This document shows positions 10,801 through 24,939 of a DNA stretch of 56,508 nucleotides, piece by piece (position 1 is the stretch's first letter; every line of letters starts with the position of its first letter). Both the position numbers and the translations under genes were made by a program. The notes below the pieces were generated by a model. That model was not told the origin of the DNA. It saw only the letters and a program-made list of their open reading frames with translations, and did no database searches. The stretch comes from Girardia tigrina (Eukaryota). Location of the stretch: positions 12,392-68,899 of the forward strand of contig MQRK01180223.1 in assembly GCA_001938485.1 (NCBI GenBank). The letters run 5' to 3'.

Positions 10801-13800
10801 TTTTAAATTATTTTTTTATTTTTTGAATATTTATATTTAATTATGTATTATGATAAATAATGAAAGAAATTTTAAAATTATTGTATCCATAGATATCGTT
10901 TATGTTGATAGTTTTTAACGCATCATTTACTTTAAAAAATTGGAAAAGTCCATTTTTTATTTTTTTATTTTTTGGAATAAATAGATAATTTGGCATATAT
11001 GATTTTCTCTATGAATTATATGATAAATAAATATAATAATTTTACTCAGTAAGAAATTACAATACAAAACACTGAGAATATTAAAATAAATATTATTTAA
11101 ACATTTTTTGACAAAAATTAAATTGCATTATTATCAGAGAAGTCTTTACATTTTTTGATGTAAAAATTGAACAAAAGATAAAAATAAATATTCGTAACCG
11201 GAAAAAAAATGTAAAAAAAGTGATAAACATAATAAATGTCTCGGTATTTTAAAAAATAAAATTATAACTCAAAGAAATATAAATAATTAGGTTTAAATTA
11301 GTAGATTAGGGTGAAAATCTTCTGTTTTTGTCCTTTATATATTAAAAACTATGTCTATGATCATCAAGGCATGTCTATCCCTTCCATAATGTTTTATTAG
11401 ACTACAAGTCCGATGTTGAGTAGTGTACGTTAGTTTCTTTCAGTCCATACTGTAAGTAAAATATTTAAAATTATTTATATATGTAATAAATTAAAAATTT
11501 TGATCATAACTGTTTAAATTCATTGTATAATGAAAATGATAGAAATATTTGAAAATAATCTTCCATTAGAATTATTTGACAATAATATATAATATATTTA
11601 ATAATTGCAGTCAAACCTTAACTAAAGAGCCTCTTGTACAACGAGTGTTTCTTTTAATGAGCAAAAAATTGAAATAAAATTTAGTAAATATAATTTAAAA
11701 AATAAATGAAAAAGGAAATAGCAAAAGCAGATATCTCTCAATAAACTTTTAATAAAAAATATTGTTAAAAATTTTAAATGGTTGATTTTGTAATAAAATA
11801 TAAATTTCTAGTTTGTAATCTTTGTACTTTTTTAATCAATACTTTTTCTAATTAAAGCCAGAAAACAGTCGTATTTAAAAGTTTCCAATCAACTAGAAAA
11901 AAAGGTGATAAATGCTGGAGGATATTACTCCGAGAATTAACCTTTTTGTACTTTTATAATTCTTTTCAAAAATTAGCATAAAAATGCCAAGAAATTTTGC
12001 ATCAACCTAATATTTAAGAAACCATAAAGAGGAAGAATTGAAAATCTTCAAGCAAATTTAGGTCTACATTAATTTGATTAAAAATTTTTCGATCAACAAG
12101 TTGATCATATTTGTACGAAAAAGATTATTTAAGCTATTTGACAATAATTCATGATTTAATTCAGACTTGTCTTTTAGAGTATTAATGATACTTGAGGTTT
12201 TTTTCTTTTCATCTATGACTCCAATATTGTTTTTGTATGACATTAAGAAACTTTAAGTTCTTAAGAATATTATAGTGAACCCATAGTTGGTAGATAAAAA
12301 AGCCATGAAAGAAATCCGAGCGTGATCGGGTTCCTCAGGTGACATCCGGTGGTTCGCAATAGTCATATGGATAGCGGTGAATTCGTATTTGGCATTCTTT
12401 ACCAGATAGCTCTCTGAAACTATTATCGTTTCGTATTTTGCCAGTCGTGTCGGAAAACGGCCGACAAACATGAAACATTAACAAATAACCCACCGAGACG
12501 GATGGCTCACGAGAAAATTTGAGGCTGCAGCCGTTTTGCATGTCGGACCTTAAAACGCACAAACGATCGACATGGAAATCGATTGTACAGAATGAAACAC
12601 AATCGTTCATATCATAGCGCCAGATAAAGTGCATTCGATAATCCAGTTTTATGCAATAATACATGTGAAGGTCGGGCTCAATTTCAAAATTTTTGAAACA
12701 ATTAATTTCTATAAAGAATTTCTAAAATAATTAAATATTTAAAATCAAAAGTTTTTAAAGCAATTTTAAGCAAAAAAATATATATCTTAATTAATTGAAA
12801 AAAGTTATTTTCGAAAATAATCAAATTTTAATTGTAGAGTAAAAAACTTAAATTGAAATTAATTCGGAAATAATGGATTTTTAAATAATTGATTTAAAAG
12901 AAATATATAAAAACAAGGATAATTATGTAGTACTAATTTTAAAAGTTATTCTGAAAAATAAATATTAAGATTTTTATCATTAATGTATAGTAATAATAAT
13001 AAAAATTTGAATATTGTAAATTATTTTGTTGTATTTAAATTGTATCTAAAATTTGTATGGCATTTAAAATAATTGTAAGTAAAAAATGCTTTTAAACTGA
13101 AATATTGATAATAAAAAAACATTAAAATCTTTATTAATGTTTCACAAAAAAAGAAATAACATTAAACTAATTCTAAAATAATAAAAAATCATTATGGTTA
13201 ATTTAGTAAAAATATGACTATAAAATTATGTTGGTTTTAATTTATAAATAGTGGAATGTAAATTTTCAGAATAAATAGAATAAAACTTTTCAATTTTAAA
13301 TAACTTATCAGTTTATTTATATTTATAATTTCATATTTTTATATAAAAAATCTGGTGAAAAAGAAAACGAAAAAGTTCCTCGACAAACAATTTTTTATTA
13401 AAAAAATTGTTAACTAAAAATTGTTAGAATAATTGTTAATTGTGTTATTAATAAATTTTTGGTGTTAATGAATTATAATATTGATCAAGAACCCAGCAAT
13501 ACAAAAGTCGAGAATGGAAATTATATTTTAAAACATTAAAATTTCCTTTACTAGTTCTTTCTCTTTCAAATATTTTTTTTCGTTCTTATTTATTATGAGA
13601 TTCACTACAGATATCATCAAAAAAGGGTTTATATTTTTAAATTCGATATAATTAATGTCTTGTTAAAATTTTTAATTTATGAACTTTTTAGTGAAAGTTA
13701 AGCATATAATTTCCTGTGTTACTTTCGTTGTTTTCGTTGATACTTTTTAAAATACGACAAGTTAGCTACAAGTTCATCTACTTCATCTCGAAATGTGAAT

Positions 13801-14202
13801 TAGTTCTCTAAAAGTTTGTAAATGGAATGAAAATGACACTAAGGAAAGGTACAAAAATCAGGGAATAAGAGTCTATAAGGAAAGTTTGTGTTTCTATTAA
13901 AAAATATCAGATTTTTAGGTAATAATTTATTGATTTGAAATACATTTCCAATTTGTACTGATTGTCTGATATTATTCAGTCCGATAACCCTCTATCAACG
14001 CTTTGAAAACTATAATAATTTTGAAACAAGATTTAAGAAGAAGAGAGATTTTCACTGACTTTCGATATACTTTACCCAAATATTTATCAATACATCAACA
14101 TTATCAAGAAACAACAAATATAGTTTATAAAATATTATTAATAATATAAAGTACTAGATTGTATTACTTAATATTTAAAATTTTAATTTAAAGATGCTGC
14201 GA

Positions 14203-16606
14203 CAGTGGTTCTCAACCTACTTTCATGTAGCGCCCCCTTTTTATAAATTTTGGAAACGTAAATTTGCCAGTCCCCCTTCTCCCAAAGAAAATTCAAACAA
14301 ATCTTATTTATATTATAAACTTTGAAAATGAAAACAAAGTGATATTTACAATTTGTAAAAATTTATTTTTCATTTTGTAACTTATACAGAACTTTATACA
14401 GCACTTATTGAGAAGCCTGGGTCTGATGTTTTTTGGCAAGGTCATTTATATCTGGCTTCAACTGAGTCAATAAAAGACGAAGATCTCCTCTGTTGATAAT
14501 ATCAAAACGATTCATTACAGTGCTAAAATCATCCTCCACTAGATTCGTTAAGGGAAATGCAAGTTATATCAAATGCATTTGAGACCATAATCTAGGATAC
14601 AGAGTTATCATTCTTGAATGTTGCCATTAATTCCTAAGTCCCCCACAGCTGAAATTTATTTGACACTTTTCATCATTCTGTAATTCTGGCAACTCCTTCT
14701 GAATTTCAATTTCAACATTTGAAATTTTTACCTGAAAAGGATCAGTCATCTAGAATTCAATCTTCATTGCAATAATATCATGAAAGTGAGTTTCCATATC
14801 TTTTTTAATTCCAGTAAATGATTACCAAAGCGTTCAACATCTTTTGGTAATAATTCGATTATTAAAGAAGCAAGTTCAGGAAAATTGTAGAATTACTTTC
14901 TAAGAATGTTTTGACGGAATAAATCAAGATTCTTGGGGAACGTAACAATGATTCGTTTGCAATCAATAGTGTTATCATCTTGCCTTGAAGTTGCAAGTTC
15001 ATTTAATTTAACTTTTAATATAGTCAATCCAGGTAAAGCACATCATTCTTGATTCTCCTCAACTCATTGCAGAAGTCAGAATTATTCTCTTCTTTAAAGA
15101 ATTCCAGAATACTGTCAAACAACTCAATAAAGTGATATAGACAATTTCCTTTATGCAGCAAATTTCCTTTATCAGTATGCAGCAAAAGCTTATTATGTCC
15201 TGCATCATTTTTCCCACAAAATTGATGAAAAATTTGATCACTCTTGGGATGATTTTAGATTTTGTTCACAGCTTTTATGTTTAAGAAATCATGCAACTCT
15301 GAGCTAGGAGTTTTAGCAACAAGATGCTGTCTATGAATCACACAATGAATGGTAAAAATGTCTGAAACTTCCTTTTTTAAATAGGTTATAAAACAGAGAT
15401 AACGGCCAGTCATAGATAGCGCACCATCTGTTGCACAAGCAATTATTTTCATCGAGGGAATATCATTTTTAATGAAAAATCTTTTGACCATATAAAATAC
15501 AGTTTCTCCTTTAGTATCGCAGGTTAGTGTTTCAGCAAACAACAGCTCTTCTTTTAAGCTAAAATCTTCATCAAAATAACTTGCATAGCCAAGAAAAAAG
15601 CAGAGTTGTCTGTTAAAGTTGACTCATCAATCTGTTGTGAAAGTATTTTTGGTTAAAGTTTTTCAAGAAGCTGTTGCTTAACATCATCAGCCATTTCATC
15701 AATACGTCTTTGAACAGTACTATTACTCAATGGTAAAACCTTTAGAACTTCATTTTGATCCTGATGTATCACTTTTAAAATTATTACTTGTAAAGCAGGA
15801 ATGGTTATTTTTTCTGCAACAGTATGTGATGTTCCAGCCCTAGCAATAATTTCTGCAATACTATATGATGCACTCAAACCATCATCTACTTTCCCAATTT
15901 TTCTTTTAAGCATTGAAGAAATCTTTGATTGTTATTGGAATTTCTCATAAAGATTCTTAAATATTCAATTGAATTATCCTTCTTAGCAGCATGTGTAGTA
16001 TGCAAATGTTACTTTAATCGACTAGACTTAATAGCTTCATTGGAAAATAATTTTTGACACAGAAGGCACATTGGTTTCCATTTGTCAATTGATAAATTGT
16101 TAATTGTCTATAAAACCAAATTCCAAATAACTGACTGAATATTGACGGGTTTTCATTTTATTGGATGACATGATTGATGATGTTTATTAGTATACCCTAT
16201 ACAATTAAATGCAATGTAAAAATGATAAATAAAATGCGACAACAGATGAACATTTAAAATCTTTTTTTGGGGTCACCACATTCAAAAAGCAATGTGTATT
16301 GAAAAACGTATCCATTTATTTTCATATATTCATAAATTTAAAACCACATACAATTAGAGAATTGCTTATTCTTCCTGTAGCAATAAAAATGATTTTGACT
16401 ATGCATGGAAAAAGTATGAAAATGATTTAAAAACAATACCATTATCAAGAAAAACCTTATTAACGTGTTAAATAATGAAAATTATTGGTTTTGTTACACT
16501 ATAACTACATTGATGATTGAAAAAATATTCACCGTTTACCAAGGAATCGTGACGATATTTTATACAATATGAGGGGTCGTACATCAAAATAGTTTGTACA
16601 CAGCTG
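14203..16606 (-). mobile_element. hAT transposon, Buster/Charlie (ZBED5/SCAND3-like), disrupted transposase ~14406-16171
   Basis: TIR cagtggttctcaacct at 14203; MSSNKMKTRQYSVSYLEFGF, LPLSNSTVQRRIDEMA, CATDGALSMTG, HCVIHRQHL; the opposite end is degenerate and approximate. Confidence 0.92.
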
Positions 16607-18895
16607 TGGTAGGGGTCAAATTAATAGTCCCCCCTCTAAATGTTTAGGTTTTTTCTGAAATTTTTGCTTGAAGGTTTCAAATCCGAATGTTCATATAAAA
16701 TTTCTTACTTTTACAAAGAAAGATATATAAAAACACAATAACAGAGGTTTATTTATTTATACTTTATTCATTTTGATGCTGATAAATAAATTTAGCTGGC
16801 ATTGTACATTATTATTATCATGACAAATTATGACAATTATTAATGCATAATTTTAAAAATGATAAATTTTTCCAATTAATTGACTGTTCACATAGCAAAT
16901 AAGCACTATATCCACTCCTGGACTGAGCAGAAGAGTGCTGGCCGCTCGGCGTCTACCCTATCTTTCTCTTCTTACATGACCTCTGTTGTTTACTATAGTC
17001 ATCTCCCAAACTTTGAGTGGGAGTTCATTCAGAAGGGCCGCTCTTATACCTTGCCTGTTAGTTGCCGTTTTGGGGAATCTGATATTTGTAGGAGATGCCA
17101 AGAGAATACTGAAACTCTTATGCATGTTCTCTGCTGCTGTCCGACCCTAATGTCATACACTAATGGTTGTCATGACACTGTCGTTGACATTCTGGCCTCC
17201 GAAATTAGGGAACACTGCAATGCCAAACTCGATGTCAATCACCGGTGTCGATTCGTGCACTCTGTACTCAGTGTAGACTTGCAAGTCTACTTCCCTGAAA
17301 AGAGACAAATTGTTCTTATTGACGTCAAGTGTCCCTTCGATAAAAAAGATAACTTGGACCGTGCGAATAATGATAATCTAGAACATTATCGCCATCTAAA
17401 AGAATCCATTCAGGAAAAATTCAGCGATCACAAAGTGTCATTGTTTACATTCATTGTAGGAGCTTTAGGCACCTGGATCTCGGACAACATCAAAGCTCTC
17501 AAGGCGACCTTCATCCCCCACAGAGAGAAAGCCATTGCGTACGCCACCATCAGAAGCAATATCCGATGGAGTGCGCGTCAGTGGATCGCATTCACTGACG
17601 GAAGAGACTCCTCCAACCTGACTAAATTCCGTGACGATCCAGTACACAATCCCAGAGCTCCTGCAACTGAAGGCCCAATTTTCGAAGACACAGACGATGA
17701 AAGCAATGAAATATCTGTCACGGACAGCTTCCAGCATCAACGAAGTGGCGAACGATGAAGCTGAAGAAAAATCCGGCCAACTAAATCATTCCAAGTCCCG
17801 TCTGGGTACAAAAAAACTCTTGTTTTGAAATAAATTTTTAATTAATTTGAAATAAATTAAATTTACAAAATTTTAAAACTTAATTTCTCGTTAAATAAAC
17901 ATTTTATTCATTAAAGAAATATTCTAAATGGTTTCGAAAGGCAAATGAAAATGATAATAATTCTGGTTTACCTCTGAGGGGAATAAGTTCCAGTAACAAT
18001 TATTACGGAGGCTGAAAAGTTGATGATGAAGCCAACTTCTCATTTCCCATTTCTTCTTATTTACGATATCAAAATTAAAATATACCAAAATATAAACCGG
18101 GATCCAAATTTGCATTTAATAAATTGGAAAATATGCAATTAGTTAATTCAGTGAGTCTGAATTCCACAATCTCAACAAATTAAAGGCAGATCTGGCAACA
18201 ACAGAAAACAATATAAAACCAAATAATAAAAGAAATATTAAGTGATTTAATAAAGTGCTCCGACGAGAAAACTCAGCTGAATAAAATATTTTGTTTACAA
18301 ATTAATTAGCAAATTAGGTTCAACGAAATACAGTTTCTTTTGGTCTATTATTAATTAAATAAAATTTAATAATATAAAAGAAAATTAGTTTTTATTGAAA
18401 TATAAAATCTAATTTCTAAAATTTTGTCGAGTAATAAGTTTACATCACTTCTCCGTTTTGGTTATCATGTAATTAGAAAAAATATATAACGTTTCAATTT
18501 AATTTTAATAATTGCATAAATTGTAATAAACAGCTGAACGATCTTTATCTATATTATGCAGAATCAAGACTTACTTACGAAAAACAACATCAGATCAAAG
18601 ATTGAATGGCTTAGCTATAATAAAAACTCACCAAGAATTAATGGATTTCTCAGAGACTGAAAAAGATATAGACACTTTGGCGAAAAACCCAAGGAGACTT
18701 ATGCTTCTGTTTTTATTGTAAAAATGTACGTAATTATATTTCTTATAAAAGTTATTAAATGTGGAATTTTGATTGTATTATAAATTGTATTATTTTAATA
18801 ATAACTAATTGAATTTTTTTTCATTTATAACTCGAATAAGAAAACAAACATTACATAATAGTATATCCCCCCAAATATTTTTCAGTGTGTGAGCC
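16607..18895 (+). mobile_element. ZMYM1-like hAT relic (dimerization domain ~18530-18720) hosting the RLE insertion
   Basis: TAERSLSILCRIKTYLRKTTSDQRLNGLAII...IDTLAKNPRRL; G/C-run subterminal blocks at ~16610 and ~18866; limits approximate. Confidence 0.6.
16905..17835 (+). mobile_element. 5'-truncated RLE-type non-LTR retrotransposon (CCHC zinc knuckle plus restriction-like endonuclease)
   Basis: Open ORF with CRRC..ETLMHVL..C, HD, VDLQV...LIDVKCPF, FIVGALGTW. Confidence 0.92.
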
Positions 18896-18929
18896 TAAAT
18901 ATAGTAAATACACATCCACTTTTTCACCC

Positions 18930-19420
18930 ACAAACTTGTAATTATGTAGTGTATATGAGATGGTATATTCCCTGAAACAGTATTTGTTGTTATTAGCATA
19001 GTCCATCCACTACCCTTTATAAGAGAAGAAAATGAATTAACGACAAAAGCTAATTGTTTGACCTATCCAAGATTTACCGATTGCAAAAGCACGTGATTCA
19101 ATACCCCAAATTATTAGTCTGTTTATCAGCTTTTGTCATTAAGTTTACTGATGAAAAAAAAACAACAACTTCTTATTCTGTGCACTCAATTTAAAAATTA
19201 TTGGGAGAGAGTGACATGTGAAGCGTTATATATAAGATCTTTGGATCCTAAAATTAACGTTCAAACTGCACTCTCTACAACTTTGTTGAGAGTTTTTAAA
19301 TGATGTACTGATGACGTATTGATTGCATAATCATTAACTGCACTATATAAGTAAATTTCGTTTGAAAAATCATTTGTTCTTAAAAAAATAAAGGTTTTAC
19401 ATATATATACATATATATAT
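18930..19420 (+). mobile_element. Degenerate Penelope GIY-YIG C-terminal fragment
   Basis: CEALYIRSLDPKINVQ...LLRVF* matches the C-terminus at 10545-10630; ends in a TA-rich run. Confidence 0.6.
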
Positions 19421-21667
19421 ATATATCTACACATATTCTTAAAAAATTTAAAAAAAATATTTTTTAGCAGTATAGGATAACAAAAGGAAAATGTAAGCAG
19501 CGGTCAAATCTTTGTAATGTCATATTTAAGGGGTGGTCAGGTATTTTGGAAATCTGCTAATATCGCGTGTCGCCATTATGGACAACATCTTTTTTCAACT
19601 ATATTATGAAAATTGATTAAAAATTTAATTTAGAATATTGTTAATAAGATATAAAATGAAATCGTTTTTTAAATTATTAAAACTTTGTCAGCGGAATGAA
19701 AATTAACTAACTCCTCATAAATTGAACGATAGCCAAAAAAATACTGAAATAAAAAGTTCTCAAAAAGGTCTGCTGTGTTGACCAGTCAAATATATTTCTA
19801 CAAAGTGCTCTAGGAAGCTTTAACTTTAGTCTCGGTGCAAAAATGCACAAAGGCGCAGTAGAAGTATAGTTGGAAATCCTGTAATTTACTTCCGTATAGG
19901 AAAATATTTTCAAGCGGTACTCTAAAAGCAAAATTCTTGAAATTATTCTTAATGTTTATATTCAGAGCAGCTGGGTGTTTTGAAATATAGTACTCTAAGA
20001 TATTCATCTATGAGTGAAACCTTGACCTGTGTAAAAAGGACCTCTGAAAATAAGCCTTGAAGCAATGTGTATTTAAAACTAGAGGTCTCTGATAATATCC
20101 TTAAGTCTCTTTCTGAGTTTGTCTTCTGATACAACACCCAATAGGTTTTTCTTTCTTGACTTCTACATGTTGCATCAAATATTGAGTAAACGTATCAAAA
20201 TTTATCATTGAAAGCATATAAGCATTCGTGTGCAAAACACATCGAAATTTCATACTCAGAGTGCAGAGATAGTTAACCAATGTTTGAAACGGCAATGTAT
20301 TTTGACTTCCTAGCATTCAGCATTAATGAAATTTGTATAGAAACTAAACCATTTCATACAAAATGTCTCATTAAAATACCACATTTTGAATGCCTTTAAT
20401 CAGAGAATTTGCAAGAATATAGGTATTGTCAAGGTGGTTTCAATTACATACAAAGTTCAAAGCTTCCTCTCGAATAAATGAAAACAATTTGGGGATTTTC
20501 AAGCTAATCTGGTTTAAAAATTTAATTGTTATAGTTGTAAAATTTCGTACATTGGAGAGACAAATCGTCATCTCAAATCCGGATTAGTGAGCATTCACAA
20601 TCGAGTTGATCTAGTAAGTTTTTTGATCATTGGCTACATTGTCAAAATAAAATCTCTTCTGTTTCGAAGTATAAGTTTTCTGTTTTACAGTAGGGCTTTG
20701 ATTCAAATCTTGAGAGACAGTTCTGAGACAGTCATTATTGACCAGACACTACAAACATTCAAAATGGACAATAATAATAATATAACAATTGATATAGAAA
20801 AAACTTGTCTTTGTAAAGGGTAAAGTTTCTTATGATAAATAATATTCATTTTCATTCAAAAGTGATGATCCTCTATTAAAAAGGAACTTTTTCTTCAGAT
20901 ATAAATGATGAAACCATCGTCTAAATAAAGAATTTAATAAAAATTTGTAAAAAAATATAAAAAATAAGTTTAAATTTTATAAAATCAGATTTATTTATAT
21001 TTTTTTATTTACTTAAGTAGCTTTAAAAATAAATGTAAAATTATTAATAATGAAAAGTAAAGTAGAACGAAGGATAATGTATAATATTTTAATGATATAA
21101 ATATATAAAAAGAAAACACAAAAACAAATTTAGAGAAAAAACATCTGCAGCTTTTCGGATTCTTATATAATTATTGAGTAAAACAAACTTTTTTAAGACA
21201 TTTGTGTAATTGGAATTCATAAATTCACATAATGAATAAATAAATTGAAAATTTAGTAACAATAACTACAAAAAGTTTAATTATTTTGTCGTTTTTATGT
21301 GTAAAAATATCTTTTGTATTGTTTATTTATTTTATTATTTTTAGAAAATTAATCAGTGGTCGTCATCAGTAAGGACAAAAAATTGAATAAATGGAAAAAA
21401 AACATCAAAGAAAAATAAGTCAAGACAATAAAAGTTCTTAGATGGGAAAATATTTTAATTGGTTTTATTAAAGATTGGATAACTTTCATAATCAATTTGC
21501 TTTATGAATAAAATATTTAATATATTAAAGAGCAAACTGTTTTTTAGATCTTTTTTATTTTCAATCAAAAGGTGAAAGGGGAAATTACTTTCAACAGCTA
21601 CTATAATTATAACTAATTATAATTAATAACTGTAGTGATCTACATTTTATTTCGATATTAATATATG

Positions 21668-21735
<68 letters not shown>

Positions 21736-22732
21736 NNNNNNNNNNNNNNNNNNNNNNNNNNNNNNNNNNNNNNNNNNNNNNNNNNTGATTATTTAATATT
21801 GTAATAAATTGGCGGAGGTAATTTCTCGAAATTCGAATGTACCTTTTTGGAGACGATATGCTGTTTTTCCGAAATACAATGTTGGAGATTCTCAGATTTG
21901 GATCACATTAGTACCGTATTGCATGAAATTTGTTCGCATAACGGGACACAATCCGCCAGAACTCGTCAAATACAAAGAAGGAATTCTAATTTATCTTGAC
22001 ATTTCTGTCATCGGAATACGTGGTGGTGACGTCAAGTTATACCATAACTATCAATGTATCGTTTGTCCACCTCACAAATATCATAAGACATGGTTTAATA
22101 TGGTTATATTTTTTTTTAACAGTCATATCGATAATTTTGTATTTATATAATAACAATTATTTTTAATCATCATTTGAGATATTACAAAATTAAATAAAAT
22201 ATTACACAATCAACAATTTTAGAAAATTTCTAAATTTGTATTACACATTAAATCGGGATCGAGGACAGAGTTAACATTTGACTCTCTTTTCCTATTTTAT
22301 ATACGATGCATGTGTGTATGTATGTTAGTTTATTTATTATATAAAAGCCCAGACTTTTATCTGCGTAACGCTCATCGTGTCTGTATATGTCCCTTTGTTA
22401 GACTGATACGCACATACGGCCATTTTACTGTACAGTGTTCGTGCTGTGTGTGTCTCATATTATTATTGTCACTACAGACAGGTTCAATTCGCAAGAAAAC
22501 TAATTTAAACAAATATTTATTCATTTTTTATATTTATTTTAGAATAATTATAATTATCATTTTAAAATTAAAACAGAAACTTTCGAAGTAGAAAATTCTG
22601 TTTTTCCGTAATATATGACGGATCTTTTTCTAGTTATAATATATTTTAGTGTGGTATCTTGTCTTCTAACAATCAAAATTATTAATATTAATTAATATCA
22701 ATTATTAGCGAGTGTTTAACACATTAATAATA

Positions 22733-23137
22733 TTAGGTTGTTGCAAAAGGAATGTAGGTTTTTGATTTTTTTTGTATTTACCGCAATGTTATACGACTAA
22801 AGCATGTATGATGTTATGTAATGTATGATTTTATGTGTCATTCGAAAACATAATTTATACTCTTTCAGATATATTTGTCTAAAACTTAATATAATGTTTC
22901 TTTTGTTAATAATTTTGATTTTAATTGCAGATGTCAAAATGTGATTTTCGCAAAATTCACTTCTATGAGTTCAAGCTATGGCGTAATACAGCTCAAACCA
23001 CTGTAAACATCAAAGAAGTTTAGGAAAAGAGAAGTGTCAACGAACGCACGGTGTAGCGCTGGTGTCAAAAGTTTCGCTCTGGTAATACTAGCCTGGAAGG
23101 TGAGCCTCTTGACAGCCGCCCTTCGATTACAAGCCGC
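22733..23137 (+). mobile_element. Mariner 5' fragment (TIR plus N-terminal HTH; ATG at 22931)
   Basis: TA|ttaggttgttgcaaaag TIR; MSKCDFRKIHFYEFKL..NTAQTTVNI...VNERTV*RWCQKFRSGNTSLE...RPS. Confidence 0.88.
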
Positions 23138-23139
23138 CA

Positions 23140-23820
23140 GCTTATTACATTATCAAAACCAACAGATCTGTCTGGTAAAGAGCGTCTAAGTGTGACATTG
23201 GCAGCTTCTGAAATATTTGGGTCAGTGGAGTTTAACATGTAAAAGGAGTGACTGATGGATTGGATTATATATTCATCTATGGCAAAAGTCATTCCAACTC
23301 CTCCATTGGAACGAGACACATAGATGTAGGGTGTTGACGTGTTGTCATGTACTCCTAGTACATCCTTGAAAAATTTCCTAATGTTGATATCCCATCCTGT
23401 AACAGACTCTGTTAACTTACCAAATGGAATGAATGAGTATCTAAAGTTAAAGATAAATTTAGAGTTTTCAAGTAATATGTATGCATGCAGTTTTTGCCAA
23501 GGAAGGAGGAGTGACATGTCTATATAGTTTAAGTCAGCGAGGATGTCAAAGAATAGTTTCTCAGGTGTGTATGTGACAATCCGGCCTATAAAGGATCCTA
23601 AGTACATGTATCCTTCGTCGACTTCAAGATGTGGTATGTCTGCATGGTAGATTGTTATGTGTGTGTTCTTGTATGGGATATCGAGAATGGCACACTTAGA
23701 AACTCTAAAAGACATACCAATAGCGTTGACTGCATTAAAGGCTATATCAACAACATTTTTTAATTTATCAGGTGATTCAGAAAAAAGACCAAATCATCAT
23801 CATAAGCCATACAAGAAATT
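23140..23820 (-). mobile_element. RT fragment of an RLE-clade non-LTR element (domains 5-7 and thumb)
   Basis: AYDDDLVF (YADD-like, then frameshift), GMSFRVSKC, YMYLG, LLPWQKL, YVSRSNGGVGM. Confidence 0.9.
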
Positions 23821-24870
23821 AATCCGGAGCCATTTGAATTGATTCATTTTTATTTATCGATATGTTGATATACATTTCTCGGAGTGTTGGTTTTAATTGA
23901 TTGTGTTCCGTGTCTTTGGTTTGTGAATAATTATCTCTGGATTTTCTAATTATTATTGATTGCGTTTGCATTTCTTTATCGAAAGTTTTGGTTTGTGATT
24001 GTTTCTTTGTTGTTTGTGTTTCTTTCTCTGCAAGTTTGAAGAAATTCTTCTGATAATTTTTGTCATGGATATGGTTATTTTGGGTTTGTGTTGCTTGCTT
24101 TATTTCGAAATATTCTGTTTTGGTTTTGTTACAGTCAATATTTTTATGAAAGAGTTTTTCTTTTTGTATCGGTGTTGTTTTCTCTTCCATATAATCTTTT
24201 TTATGTTTTTTTTTTGATTTTTGAGTTGTAAAACGTTTGAATCCTTGGTTTTTGTGCATATGTTTTTTGTTTCAATGAGCAAGGGTACTGGTATTTAAGT
24301 GTAATTTCCTTTAAATTTAGTGTGGTACTAGCAGAACATGTTTTTTTCTTCTATTGATGTTTCTAGAAACTCTTTATGGTTTTCTGTGTCTTCTTTTCTG
24401 TATATTGAATTTCTTTCTTTTAAGTATCGTTTGAGATCTGAAATTTCTTTTTTAGGATGTTGCTTTCATCTTCAATTTTACAATTTTTTGGACCAAGTGA
24501 TTCAAAATCTCCATATTTGCAATTTCAGTTAATTTTTTGTACAGTGTTTTAATATTTGGATTTTTGTTATATGTTGAGTAACTGTAGTAATGTGTTGTTT
24601 GAGAATTGCGGACCTGAAAACTAATGTGGTTTGTATAGTTTGGTATATTGTTTGTTTGTGTATTTAAATGTTGTATTGTGTTTGAGTAAGTTTGTTTATG
24701 TACTGGGGATTTAATTTTGTATGGAGGCATTTCTTAAAATGAGATTGTTGTACTTGTTGTAAAATTTGTTTCGTGTTGTGTTATGAAATTGTTGTTTGTT
24801 GTGGAGGTGAGTTGTGTCACTTCTGACACTGATGTAAAAGAGCTAACTGAAAACGTGTTTCAGTTAACTC
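23821..24870 (-). mobile_element. Possible 5' region or ORF1 of a non-LTR element (K/T/N/Q-rich, disrupted)
   Basis: Strong strand A/C skew, consecutive ORFs, hairpin at 24840-24870, contiguous with the RT fragment; no diagnostic motif. Confidence 0.35.
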
Positions 24871-24939
24871 CTTTAACGTAGCAAAAAAAATAAATATGTA
24901 TAAAACTTTTATTTTACACAATATAAATAAACATATATA

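Noticed and set aside
19720-20800. Possible RT relic
   Set aside because: Coding-like composition but no motif clear enough to call
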